From assembly GCA_015661395.1 (NCBI GenBank), contig JACWML010000007.1, positions 29,194 through 93,193 on the forward strand: a stretch of 64,000 nt of DNA, read 5' to 3'. Shown here piece by piece: positions 1 through 8,263 of the stretch. The position numbers and the translations under genes are program-made. The notes under the pieces were generated by a model, which saw only the letters and a list, made by a program, of their open reading frames with translations, searched no databases and was not told the origin of the DNA. Position 1 is the stretch's first letter, and each line of letters opens with the position of its first letter. Origin of the DNA: Methanomicrobia archaeon (GTDB taxonomy: Archaea; Halobacteriota; Bog-38; Methanoflorentales; Methanoflorentaceae).

Positions 1-403
1 CGCTGAATGGATGTTCCTGGCCCTCTATGCCACGCCATTCGCCTTAGGGTGGCCACACATCCTTTAAGTTAGCGAGGCCAAGCTCACTTGCATTCAGTAG
101 CTGACAGGTACTATGTCGTTTAGAGCCTGAATGCAAAGACAGCCCAAAAAAGCTGCCTGCGTGCAACCAAACAAGCGAAGAGCCACGGAAGATACCGGGC
201 CTGCTGGCACGGCCTCCACTTCGGCCGCGCACACAAACGATCCGAAATGCACCAAGTGTGCAGGACATTCGACCACGCCAAGAACGGCGTGCTTCACTTT
301 TCAGATCAGCAGCGCTAACTGAATTCAACGTGCTTAGTGGCTTACACGCTTCGCGATTGTGCTTAGGCAGTCGATGTGATAGAGCGGAAAAGGGGTGGCC
401 CCA

Positions 404-1342
404 TTATCGTAGCTCATTTTTATTTATAATTGCAATAAGCGAAATGACAGCCACAAATATCATTGTGAAAACGGTTACTAACGCCATAGACACCGTGATA
501 TCGTTATAAATTGCAACAGGGCTTATTATAATCGTGAAACCGATAAGGCCATAAACAATAGCTGCTTCAAGCCAATAAGGCTTACTGGCAAGCGTTTTCA
601 CTTTTTGAGGTCTAATACGGTCATATTTAGACAGGTAGAGCGCAAATAGTTGGTAAAAGATAAAGCCGGTCACAAACCATCCTACAAAGTTTATAATAGG
701 AACCCCAAAATAGGGGCCGGGACTTTCCCACACCCACTGAGATATTACGGTTGAAAGAATGGGATCCAAGCAAACATCCCACATTACCAGGATAAACGCG
801 GCAATAAATGGAACGACAAAAATCCATTTTCCCTGAAGTTTCTTGCTAAATTGTCCTGTTAATACGTGTGACAACATCCAAGAGAAATATCCCACGCCAA
901 AGTAGGCGACTATAATGACTAACGGCACCCCAAATAGTGAAATTGGAAATTGCATGGAATAATGATAATGTCCAAAAGGTATCCCAGTTTGTACGCTCAA
1001 AGCTTCAAAAAAGAGGCTTATCGCCCACGTCACGAGAAGAAAGATCCCGATATTCTTGAGGCCATAACGTTCTCTGCCGTGGAGACCCGCGAGAACGAAT
1101 ACCATGAGAGCGTATATCGAAGCCTCAGTCGTGCTCCCAAGGGGATTCTTGGATATTTGCAAAAACACGATAATAAGAGCGTAAAGACCTATTAATGACC
1201 ATCTCAACTTACTAAACGGCCTCTCACCTCTTCTTATGTCTTTATCATTCATTGGAGAGCCTGGTTGTTCGTGTGAATGCATAAGCTTGAACGCAAGCGG
1301 ATTATGAAGCAATAAGCGTTTTGATTTGAGACCACTGAGCAC
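404..1342 (-). CDS. Polytopic membrane protein, carotenoid-biosynthesis-protein (DUF422-like) family
   Basis: 312-aa ORF with about 8 hydrophobic segments. Motifs GIPFGHYHY and MWDVCLDP fit my recollection of the DUF422/carotenoid biosynthesis protein family. Start uncertain: Met codons at 1342, 1282 and 1252. Confidence 0.5.
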   Translation of the reverse strand: MLSGLKSKRLLLHNPLAFKLMHSHEQPGSPMNDKDIRRGERPFSKLRWSLIGLYALIIVFLQISKNPLGSTTEASIYALMVFVLAGLHGRERYGLKNIGIFLLVTWAISLFFEALSVQTGIPFGHYHYSMQFPISLFGVPLVIIVAYFGVGYFSWMLSHVLTGQFSKKLQGKWIFVVPFIAAFILVMWDVCLDPILSTVISQWVWESPGPYFGVPIINFVGWFVTGFIFYQLFALYLSKYDRIRPQKVKTLASKPYWLEAAIVYGLIGFTIIISPVAIYNDITVSMALVTVFTMIFVAVISLIAIINKNELR

Positions 1343-1975
1343 TATCCTGCATTAAAGAAAAACAGCGACCAAACGAAAAATTAGCTCTGTTGAGGGGAAT
1401 CCTACGACGCGCCTTCTCTGTGGTCAATATCCACAATATGACGAGAGCATGCAGACTATGCTCGCTGGAACGTTGCGCCCATACACGAACCGCATTGTAA
1501 TCTTCTATTCCATAGGTCCCTTCCCTATACATTGCTGTCCTTAAGAAACGAGCGGCCGCCTTGCAGTCAGTCTCTAGCAAGTTAGGGGGCTTCTTGCCCT
1601 CCTGTCCACCTGCAAGACCGTAGTATTCGGCACGTTTTGCTTCCGTGGGCGCGGCAAGTTTTGCTTCCTTTTCGTGCGCGCCGTAGAACTTGATACCCCG
1701 AAGTGGGTTAAGGTCGGTTGCGAATGGCCCAAACTGCGGCGGCCATTTCTACCGCCTCGTCGGCCAATCCATGAACCGCCCTTTACTCCATTATTCCTGA
1801 TCTTGTTCTCCTTTTTCAGACGAAGGACGCCCTACCCGTCTTTTTTCTTTTTGAAGTAAGATAAGGGGCTCGGAATGAGGCCTTCCGCTGCCAACCGCGT
1901 GAGCGTGCCTTCAGGGATGCTGATGCCCAGTTCCGCTAGTCGTTCATCGAGCGCTGTATGATCCATTTTTAGATC
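1302..1975 (-). pseudogene. Possibly frameshifted or degraded ORF of unknown function
   Basis: Minus strand: ATG at 1975 gives MDHTALDERLAELGISIPEGTLTRLAAEGLIPSPLSYFKKKKDG*. Protein-like sequence then continues in other frames (KWPPQFGPFATDLNPLRGIKFYGAHEKEAKLAAPTEAKRAEYYGL...LLETDCKAAARFLRTAMYREGTYGIEDYNAVRVW...) down to the stop at 1302, with no proper start codon. Hand translation only. Confidence 0.25.
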
Positions 1976-2373
1976 TGCTTGACTTGACACAGTTAATCTT
2001 TATATATCTCGCTCATTCACGTTACTCAAACCGAGTCACAAAATTGACTTCTCGTATGATAAAGGCTTCGCATTTTCCGGTTAAATACGTTTTAATGACT
2101 CCTGCGAAGCGGGAAGACAACGCCACGATCACACCTGTCCAGCCACGGAGATACAGCAATGTCCAAGAAAATGTAGAGAGTTCATCTCTCAAGCCCTTGA
2201 TGCGGCGCAGGAATTCGCGCAACGTGGCTGGGCCTGTGCTTCCGCTCAAGGCAGCTGGGGAGAAGGCGCCGCTCAGCGAGGCCGTGCCTAACGGCCATAA
2301 AGACGCTTCAACTGAGATAGACTTGATCGAAGTTTGGTGGTCTTCACACCGGGGTTTTACTATTTTAAAAAAA

Positions 2374-2394
2374 TATTGATATTTTTTATCAATA
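2374..2394. promoter_or_regulatory. Perfect 8+8 bp palindrome TATTGATA-TTTTT-TATCAATA upstream of the FilR1-type regulator gene (candidate operator)
   Basis: Read directly. It sits in an AT-rich stretch about 95 nt upstream of the ATG at 2490. A TATA-like CTTTATATTC lies at about 2449-2458. Confidence 0.35.
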
Positions 2395-2489
2395 ACTTAA
2401 ATTTCTAATACGATTCAACATTGAAGCACATAATGAGGATGAATAGCAAACTTTATATTCATCTCTATCATTGACAGAATGCGACAATC

Positions 2490-3341
2490 ATGAATATCAC
2501 AACACAAAGGGGAGAAGAACTCAGCGAAACGATCGTCGAGCCACAAGGCAACAATGATGAACTGCTCAGACTATTAATATGCTCGGACCTGAGGAAGAAG
2601 CTCCTTCTTGCACTTAACAACGGCACGACATCCCTCGCCGACCTGCGCGAAGCAACAGGGGCAAGCTCAACCGCAGCAATACACGCGCTCAGAGAGCTGG
2701 AGAAAGAACGCCTCACCTTCCAAGATGGTAAGCGGAACTACTTGCTTACAAGCTCGGGCAAGATTGTCGCTCTGCACGTGGAGAGCTTTGTGCAAACGGT
2801 CAACGTAATTACTCAGTTTGGCAAGTTCTGGCTAGAACACGATTTAAGCGGCATCCCTGAAGATTCTCTCAAGAACATAGGGTGCTTGCAAGAATCACAA
2901 GTCTTGACAAGCGTGCCCACCGACGTTTTCAACGCCTTTTCGACCTTTGTTACCCTGCTCGAAGACGCCAAAGTGATAAGAGGCGTTGCCCCCGTGTTCA
3001 CGCCAGACTTGCTTGATATTTACGCCGAACTCGCCGCAAAAGGCATACCGATCGAGCTTGTCGTTACTCACGAAGTGCTCGAAAACATGCTAGAGCTCGC
3101 AGACCGCAGCCCGCTTAAGAATTCGCTTAAGACAAATCTTAGGCTCTTTGTGATTGAACAAAACCCGAAAACGGCGTTCACGGTTACTGACTATTTCTTT
3201 ATGATTGGACTCTTCAGATTCGACGGGTCTTATGACTATTCAGACGAACTGCTAAGCTATAGCAAAGACGGCATTAGGTGGGGTCGCGAGCTGTTTGATC
3301 ACTACGTCCGAGCATCAAAAGAGTTCGACTTACGACATTAA
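2490..3341 (+). CDS. Archaeal winged-helix transcriptional regulator, FilR1-type (DUF1724 / FilR1 middle domain)
   Basis: 283 aa. N-terminal ArsR-like wHTH (LLICSDLRKKLLLALNNGTTSLADLREATGASSTAAIHALRELEKERL). The C-terminal part (WLEHDLSGIP...VTDYFFMIGLFRFDGSYDYSDELLSYSKDGIRWGRELFDHY) is typical of the FilR1/DUF1724 family as I recall it. Paralog at 15729-16532. Confidence 0.8.
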   Translation: MNITTQRGEELSETIVEPQGNNDELLRLLICSDLRKKLLLALNNGTTSLADLREATGASSTAAIHALRELEKERLTFQDGKRNYLLTSSGKIVALHVESFVQTVNVITQFGKFWLEHDLSGIPEDSLKNIGCLQESQVLTSVPTDVFNAFSTFVTLLEDAKVIRGVAPVFTPDLLDIYAELAAKGIPIELVVTHEVLENMLELADRSPLKNSLKTNLRLFVIEQNPKTAFTVTDYFFMIGLFRFDGSYDYSDELLSYSKDGIRWGRELFDHYVRASKEFDLRH

Positions 3342-3722
3342 ACGCTAAGTTTAAGCCCGCTTTATTCCTTTGAGTCACCGTAACAGTTCCCTAAAATAGG
3401 CCAAATTGTGTTGGCGTTTGCGAAGAGCCAGTCGGGGTCCCTGTTAAAAACTAAAAACTTTTGCTGGATAACTTCTTCTCGACTCGAAACGCGCCTGTCG
3501 TTCAGAACCATCAGCGCTAGTCAAAGCAACGCTTTGCTTTACGCGTGACCTGCAAAAGCCGCAACAGCACCTAGCCTTCGCCATTGCCCGCCGCATCGCC
3601 GCGCCGCAAGTCATACCTAACAAGACGACTGCCTATTTGCATGATCTCGCCGCTACGCTCACGTTGCAGGACGGATCGTGCCTTTGCTTCGCTAATTGCC
3701 TGAAAACCTTATATCGATGTGG

Positions 3723-3733
3723 ATATATTTATT
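3723..3733 (+). promoter_or_regulatory. TATA-box-like element (ATATATTTATT)
   Basis: Lies about 25-30 nt upstream of an in-frame GTG at 3757 of the following membrane-protein ORF, consistent with a leaderless archaeal transcript. Confidence 0.3.
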
Positions 3734-3756
3734 CAGCTAGATTTCCTCGCAGACTC

Positions 3757-4503
3757 GTGCTGCTGAAAAAAGCGCGTATTGGGGGCAATTTTTTGGCAGA
3801 TCATCGAACGTACGTCTACAGCCCATTTTCGCCTGTCATTACGGCATTTGTCATATTCGTAGTTCTCCTACTCTTTGCCTTCATCTTCCTTGGACTAATC
3901 GGAGCGGCTTTTAGTCGAATCGGGTTTTCCGCGCAAGCCATCACACTTTTGCTCTTAGCTGTGCTGATCGGGAGCGTTATTAACATACCTCTATTCACTC
4001 TTGAAGCGTCTGAGCCGATCATGACTAACGCCTATGTCACTGTTTTCGGCATGACCTACCGGGTGCCAGAGGCGGCCGAAGGCTCGCGAAAAACGGTCGT
4101 TGCTATCAATGTCGGCGGCGCCCTAATTCCATCTGTTGTCTCCCTTTATCTCCTATGGCGATTTCCGGACGTTTTCGCCCTTGCGATAGTCGGGGTGACT
4201 CTTGTAGCCGTCATTTCTCATCTCATATCAAAACCCGTAAAGGGAGTGGGAATAGTCTCTCCAGCGCTTGTTTCCCCTCTCGTTGCCGCCGTCTATACTA
4301 TCGTCGTTTTGACACTATTTTCAGGGGTTGACAACGCCTTTGCTTTGGCTTATGTGTGTGGCGTGCTGGGCACTCTGATCGGGGCCGACTTAACGAATCT
4401 AGGAGCCATCAAGCAGGTTGGGGCCCCTATTGCCTCGATTGGTGGCGCCGGTACTTTTGACGGCGTCTTTCTCTCAGGGATCATAGCCGTCTTGCTTGCG
4501 TAG
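3757..4503 (+). CDS. Integral membrane protein, DUF1614-like
   Basis: The ORF runs 3637-4503. The first ~50 codons are not membrane-like, so I favour the GTG at 3757 or the TTG at 3793. Multiple TM segments. VINIPL and INVGGALIPSVVSLYLL resemble the DUF1614 family as I remember it. Confidence 0.5.
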   Translation: MLLKKARIGGNFLADHRTYVYSPFSPVITAFVIFVVLLLFAFIFLGLIGAAFSRIGFSAQAITLLLLAVLIGSVINIPLFTLEASEPIMTNAYVTVFGMTYRVPEAAEGSRKTVVAINVGGALIPSVVSLYLLWRFPDVFALAIVGVTLVAVISHLISKPVKGVGIVSPALVSPLVAAVYTIVVLTLFSGVDNAFALAYVCGVLGTLIGADLTNLGAIKQVGAPIASIGGAGTFDGVFLSGIIAVLLA

Positions 4504-4566
4504 AAGCGACTGCGGGAGCAACCCTCAGTGCGCAGCACGAATCTTCTGACGGTCGATCAAATCAGC

Positions 4567-4575
4567 TTTATATAA
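4567..4575 (+). promoter_or_regulatory. TATA-box-like element (TTTATATAA)
   Basis: Read directly. It is only ~10 nt from the ATG at 4585, which argues that the real start of the downstream ORF is the ATG at 4627. Confidence 0.4.
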
Positions 4576-4626
4576 TGTTTCAACATGATACTGTCATCGC
4601 GCCGTCCTCACCGCAGTCTAGAAGCC

Positions 4627-4887
4627 ATGGCCGTGAGTCGCCTTTTGAAAACCAATCTGGTACTTCTCATCCTCGTACTGATAGCTATTGTTGCCAGTTC
4701 CTTCGCAGTCTATGCTGGCAACAAGAAGTTCATCGGCATCATAGGGATTGCCGCTTTGGCGTTGACCTTGGTATTATGGCGTATTTTTAGCCTGACACGG
4801 CAGACAGCAGCAACTTCCGAGCCTGAAACGCTGCGCTTTGACTTCGACATGGACAGGATCCAAAAAAAACGTCCACCCCGCGAGTGA
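4627..4887 (+). CDS. Small two-TM membrane protein, unknown function
   Basis: MAVSRLLKTNLVLLILVLIAIVASSFAVYAGNKKFIGIIGIAALALTLVLWRIF... has two clear hydrophobic helices and a charged tail. The ORF track extends it to 4585. Confidence 0.45.
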   Translation: MAVSRLLKTNLVLLILVLIAIVASSFAVYAGNKKFIGIIGIAALALTLVLWRIFSLTRQTAATSEPETLRFDFDMDRIQKKRPPRE

Positions 4888-5042
4888 TGCGACCGCAATT
4901 ACCGCTTGGAAACCGCGTCAGACCTTGATTACGACCGTTCTAGTGATATGATCCCCCAATCGCTGCCGTTATGTCGTAGAGTATTGACAAAGATTTCTGG
5001 TCGCGCCCGCTACAACTAACTGCGCTTTTTTTGATGGTAAGC

Positions 5043-5786
5043 CTACTCCGACCACGAGCCGGCGCACGACTTACAGTGCGGGTTCCTGGCCACCTTAACC
5101 TTGTCGAATGCCATCATTTCGCCGTCATAGATGAGGAGTTCATCGACCAATGGGACGCCTACGCCAGCTAAGCACTTGATGGCCTCTGTTGCTTGCAGCA
5201 ATGCTATCACACCTGGCGTCGTAGCCAACACCGGAAACACTGCGCGAGGCGGAGCGTGCGGATAGATACACTCAAGGCAAGCCGTCTTGCCCGGCAACAC
5301 GGTAGTAAGTCGCCCCTCGTAGCCGTATATCGCGCCGTGGATCAGGGGGACGTGGTGAGCAATAGCCGCCGAATTTAGCATGTACCGAACCGCGAAGTTG
5401 TCCATAGCATCGAGAATGATGTCGCAGCGTTCGGTGAGTTCTAGGACATTTTTATCCTCGATAGTCAGATCAAACGCCTCAACAATGGTTGTTGGATTGA
5501 TCCTTTCCACTTTCTGCGATGCTGATTCGACTTTTTGTTTTCCCAAATCTTCGTCCCAGTGCAGTACCTGCCGGTTCAAATTGCTAAGCTCGACAGAGTC
5601 TGTATCGATCAGCTGAAGATGTCCAACGCCCGCGACAGCAAGATACAACGCGAGAGGCGAGCCGAGCCCGCCTAAACCAGCGATAAGGGCTGTCGAGTTT
5701 TTCAGACGTTCCTGCCCTATTTCCCCAAAGCCAGGAATGATTATTTGCCGGTGGTATCGCTTACGATCGTATTCAGACAGAGACAT
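5043..5786 (-). CDS. ThiF/MoeB/HesA-family E1-like adenylyltransferase (MoeB/UbaA-type)
   Basis: YDRKRYHRQIIIPGFGEIGQERLKNSTALIAGLGGLGSPLALYLAVAGVG (nucleotide-binding GxGxxG), LSNLNRQ, and two CxxC pairs (CLEC, CKSC). No rhodanese domain. Start taken at MSLSEYD (ATG 5786) rather than the upstream ATG at 5834. Confidence 0.85.
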   Translation of the reverse strand: MSLSEYDRKRYHRQIIIPGFGEIGQERLKNSTALIAGLGGLGSPLALYLAVAGVGHLQLIDTDSVELSNLNRQVLHWDEDLGKQKVESASQKVERINPTTIVEAFDLTIEDKNVLELTERCDIILDAMDNFAVRYMLNSAAIAHHVPLIHGAIYGYEGRLTTVLPGKTACLECIYPHAPPRAVFPVLATTPGVIALLQATEAIKCLAGVGVPLVDELLIYDGEMMAFDKVKVARNPHCKSCAGSWSE

Positions 5787-5864
5787 GAATGTAACCCCCA
5801 AACTGAGAACAAACCGGCCCAGTTGACAATGCACATTTCAGGGATTCATGAGTTCTTGACGAAA

Positions 5865-6350
5865 TCACATCTTAATTCTTTTTCGGTCCGTGTACAGCGC
5901 CATCTGGATGTCCTTTCTAAACTCATCGTCATAAAGCAGCTCAAAATTGCCGTTCGGATCCTTTGAGCGCAAGTTATACACTTTCACCGTTTCCGTATCT
6001 ATCGAGCCTTCAAGCATTTTTCCCTCAGGGATGTCTTTCGTAGGTTCATCCAGAATCTCGCAGACCTTGTCATCTCGTTTGATAAGCACATCGAAAATGG
6101 TGAGATCGTTCTGTTTCAAAATGTCAAACAGCGCCTCCGTCACCTTCTTGTGAAACGACTTTTTTTCTTGCCAAAGATTCGTCGCCCTCACGATTCCGTG
6201 CAGCGCATCTGATACCGCTTCGTCGACTTCGTCCTCAGTCATGTCAGAAACGTTCATCGAATACGTCTTGTTCGGCATAATAGTAGCATACGAACCCGCG
6301 CCTCTTAAACCTGAAGCATCTTCTCGAATCTTCTTAGCTTTGGGATTCAC
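5865..6350 (-). CDS. Hypothetical protein (161 aa), acidic and soluble, no family recognised
   Basis: Clean ORF with coding-like composition, co-oriented with and 79 nt upstream of the E1-like gene. No recognisable motif and no C-terminal GG. Confidence 0.55.
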   Translation of the reverse strand: MNPKAKKIREDASGLRGAGSYATIMPNKTYSMNVSDMTEDEVDEAVSDALHGIVRATNLWQEKKSFHKKVTEALFDILKQNDLTIFDVLIKRDDKVCEILDEPTKDIPEGKMLEGSIDTETVKVYNLRSKDPNGNFELLYDDEFRKDIQMALYTDRKRIKM

Positions 6351-6653
6351 GCGTGCCTCTCCTGCAATCTACTTGCTCCCCGTTATAGCGCCTCATGACC
6401 GTCGCACGTGTCAGGCTACGTGAGCGCAAGAAGAAGAAAGATGAAGCCGCAATCCATAATGACGTCAAACCTAGGTCATATCATCCGAGATATCCTAGTG
6501 GGTCTCGAAGCCAAGAACAAAGATTGTTTGTAATCGCGACGACAAACTTGTAGTCTTAGATGAGACACGTCCGACAACGAAACCAGACAAAGAACTGCGC
6601 TGTCATATCAAAGATAGTACGATTGGCGGCACGCAGTTATTTAGAAGCGCGAA

Positions 6654-7811
6654 TCAGCTGCGAAGCGGTAGGGCGATGCAGAACTTCGAACCTCGGCCGA
6701 CGTCACTCTCAACGGTAATGGTCCCGCCGTGAGCTTCAATCACGGACTTCACGATGGCTAAGCCGAGCCCCACACCTCGTGATTTTGTGGTGAACAGCGG
6801 CTCGAAGAGCTTACGTATGTTTTCCCGTGGTATGCCCATTCCCGTATCAGCTACATTTATAGAGGCGCTTTGTCCGTTGTTCTTGGTCATTACACAAACG
6901 GTACCGCCGTCTGGCATTGCTTGCAACGCGTTGCTCATGATGTTTATCAGTGCGCGCCGCATAAGGAACGGATCGACATCGAGATCGGGCAGACTCGGAT
7001 CAAGCTTCTTCTCGATTACGACATTATTGGGCGCTACAACGCGACGAAGGGCCTCGTTGACGAGTTGTTCTGTGCTTGTGCGCGTGATTTTCGGGCTCGG
7101 TGTCCGAGCAAAGTCGAGCAGATCGGTTACCATGGAGCTCATGTAAGCGACTTGCTCCTTTATCTTGTCCAGACCGTCGCGAAGCTGCTGCGCCTCAGGA
7201 GCCTCACTAGGCGCGAAGTGTCCCTCCAGCTTGTCGACCTGTTTTTTCTCGAGGTGAATAGTGTTAAGAATGGCCTGCAAAGGGCTGCGGAGATCATGTC
7301 CGACCATTGCCGCCATTTGCCCGATAGCTGCCAAGCGTTCCGCCCGCTTGAGTTCAGCCGTTTTTTGCGCCACCAGTTCTTCAAGGTGCTCAGAGTACTG
7401 CATAAGCTGGTCTTCAAGGTTTTTGCGCTCGATGGCGTAGTACATAGCTCGCTCCAGGATATCTACCGTCACGGTGCCTTTCACGAGATAATCCTGCGCA
7501 CCCTCACGCACCGCGTGTACCGCCACCTCCAAATCGTTGAGACCAGTCAGCACGATGATCGGCACGCGCGGCACTGCGGCGCGCATCGTCGCGACGGTGG
7601 CGATGCCCAGGCTGTCAGGAAGACTCAGATCGAGCAGCACAACGTCGACACTCCCCTGGTCGCACCGTTCTATCCCAGCATTGAGACGATCCACTGCGTC
7701 AAGCGCGTGCTTTGTCGCCGATGACTTAGTCAAAAGCCGCTTTATGAGGTGAGCATCGCCGGGATTGTCCTCGACGAGAAGGACTCTAAGTGCTCGATCA
7801 CGTGCGTACAT
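6654..7811 (-). CDS. Hybrid receiver-histidine kinase (REC-HisKA-HATPase_c)
   Basis: N-terminal REC (LRVLLVEDNPGD...VVLLDLSLPD...LTGL...DYLVKG). H-box MVGHDLRSPLQAI. N, G1 and G2 boxes (IMSNALQAMPDGG, DTGMGIP, GVGLGLAIVKSVIEAHGG). Confidence 0.9.
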   Translation of the reverse strand: MYARDRALRVLLVEDNPGDAHLIKRLLTKSSATKHALDAVDRLNAGIERCDQGSVDVVLLDLSLPDSLGIATVATMRAAVPRVPIIVLTGLNDLEVAVHAVREGAQDYLVKGTVTVDILERAMYYAIERKNLEDQLMQYSEHLEELVAQKTAELKRAERLAAIGQMAAMVGHDLRSPLQAILNTIHLEKKQVDKLEGHFAPSEAPEAQQLRDGLDKIKEQVAYMSSMVTDLLDFARTPSPKITRTSTEQLVNEALRRVVAPNNVVIEKKLDPSLPDLDVDPFLMRRALINIMSNALQAMPDGGTVCVMTKNNGQSASINVADTGMGIPRENIRKLFEPLFTTKSRGVGLGLAIVKSVIEAHGGTITVESDVGRGSKFCIALPLRS

Positions 7812-7813
7812 TC

Positions 7814-8263
7814 TCAGCCCTCTTGCTGCGGCAGCTTCACGACCGTGAACCAGTACTCTTCGATCTGCCGTATCACTTTCATAAATTGTGGCCAGTCAAC
7901 CGGCTTGGTGATGAAGCTGTTCGCGTGTAATTCGTATGTTTTCAGGATGTCCTCGTCAGCTTTGGACGTCGTCAATACGACGACCGGTATGCTCGCAAGC
8001 GCTTCGTTCGATTTGATCTTTTTGAGCACCTCGCGACCGTCCACCTTTGGCAGGTTAAGGTCGAGCAAGATCAGATCTGGGCGCAGAGCCTGCCCATATT
8101 CGACATCGTGCAAAAAGGCAAGTGCGGCTTCTCCGTCAGTTGCGACGTGCAGGTTGTGGAGCACTTTGCCGAACTCGAGAGCGCGCTTGGTCAGAAGGAC
8201 GTCGCCTGGATTGTCCTCCACCAATAAGATCTCGATGTAATTCACGCTATTGCGATCGCTCAT
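7814..8263 (-). CDS. Stand-alone response-regulator receiver protein
   Basis: 149 aa. IEILLVEDNPGDVLL...PDLILLDLNLPKVDGREVLKKIK...VVVLTTS...NSFITKP. Its stop lies 2 nt from the next gene's ATG, and its own ATG overlaps the upstream stop (ATGA). Confidence 0.9.
   Translation of the reverse strand: MSDRNSVNYIEILLVEDNPGDVLLTKRALEFGKVLHNLHVATDGEAALAFLHDVEYGQALRPDLILLDLNLPKVDGREVLKKIKSNEALASIPVVVLTTSKADEDILKTYELHANSFITKPVDWPQFMKVIRQIEEYWFTVVKLPQQEG

Noticed and set aside
2-67. Possible 3' end of a plus-strand membrane-protein gene cut by the window edge (AEWMFLALYATPFALGWPHIL*).
   Set aside because: Only 21 codons are visible, too little to support a feature call.
68-403. An ORF-free ~335-nt region at the window start with several hairpins (for example the perfect 10-bp inverted repeat TTGCATTCAG...CTGAATGCAA at 91-137, and CACGCC-N6-GGCGTG at about 272-292). 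I considered SRP RNA or RNase P RNA.
   Set aside because: I could not find the conserved SRP helix-8 motif (GGAAG.AGC context) or the RNase P CR-I (GAGGAAAGTCC) on either strand. The region lies between convergent gene ends, so the hairpins may simply be 3'-end structures. An Rfam/Infernal scan would settle it.
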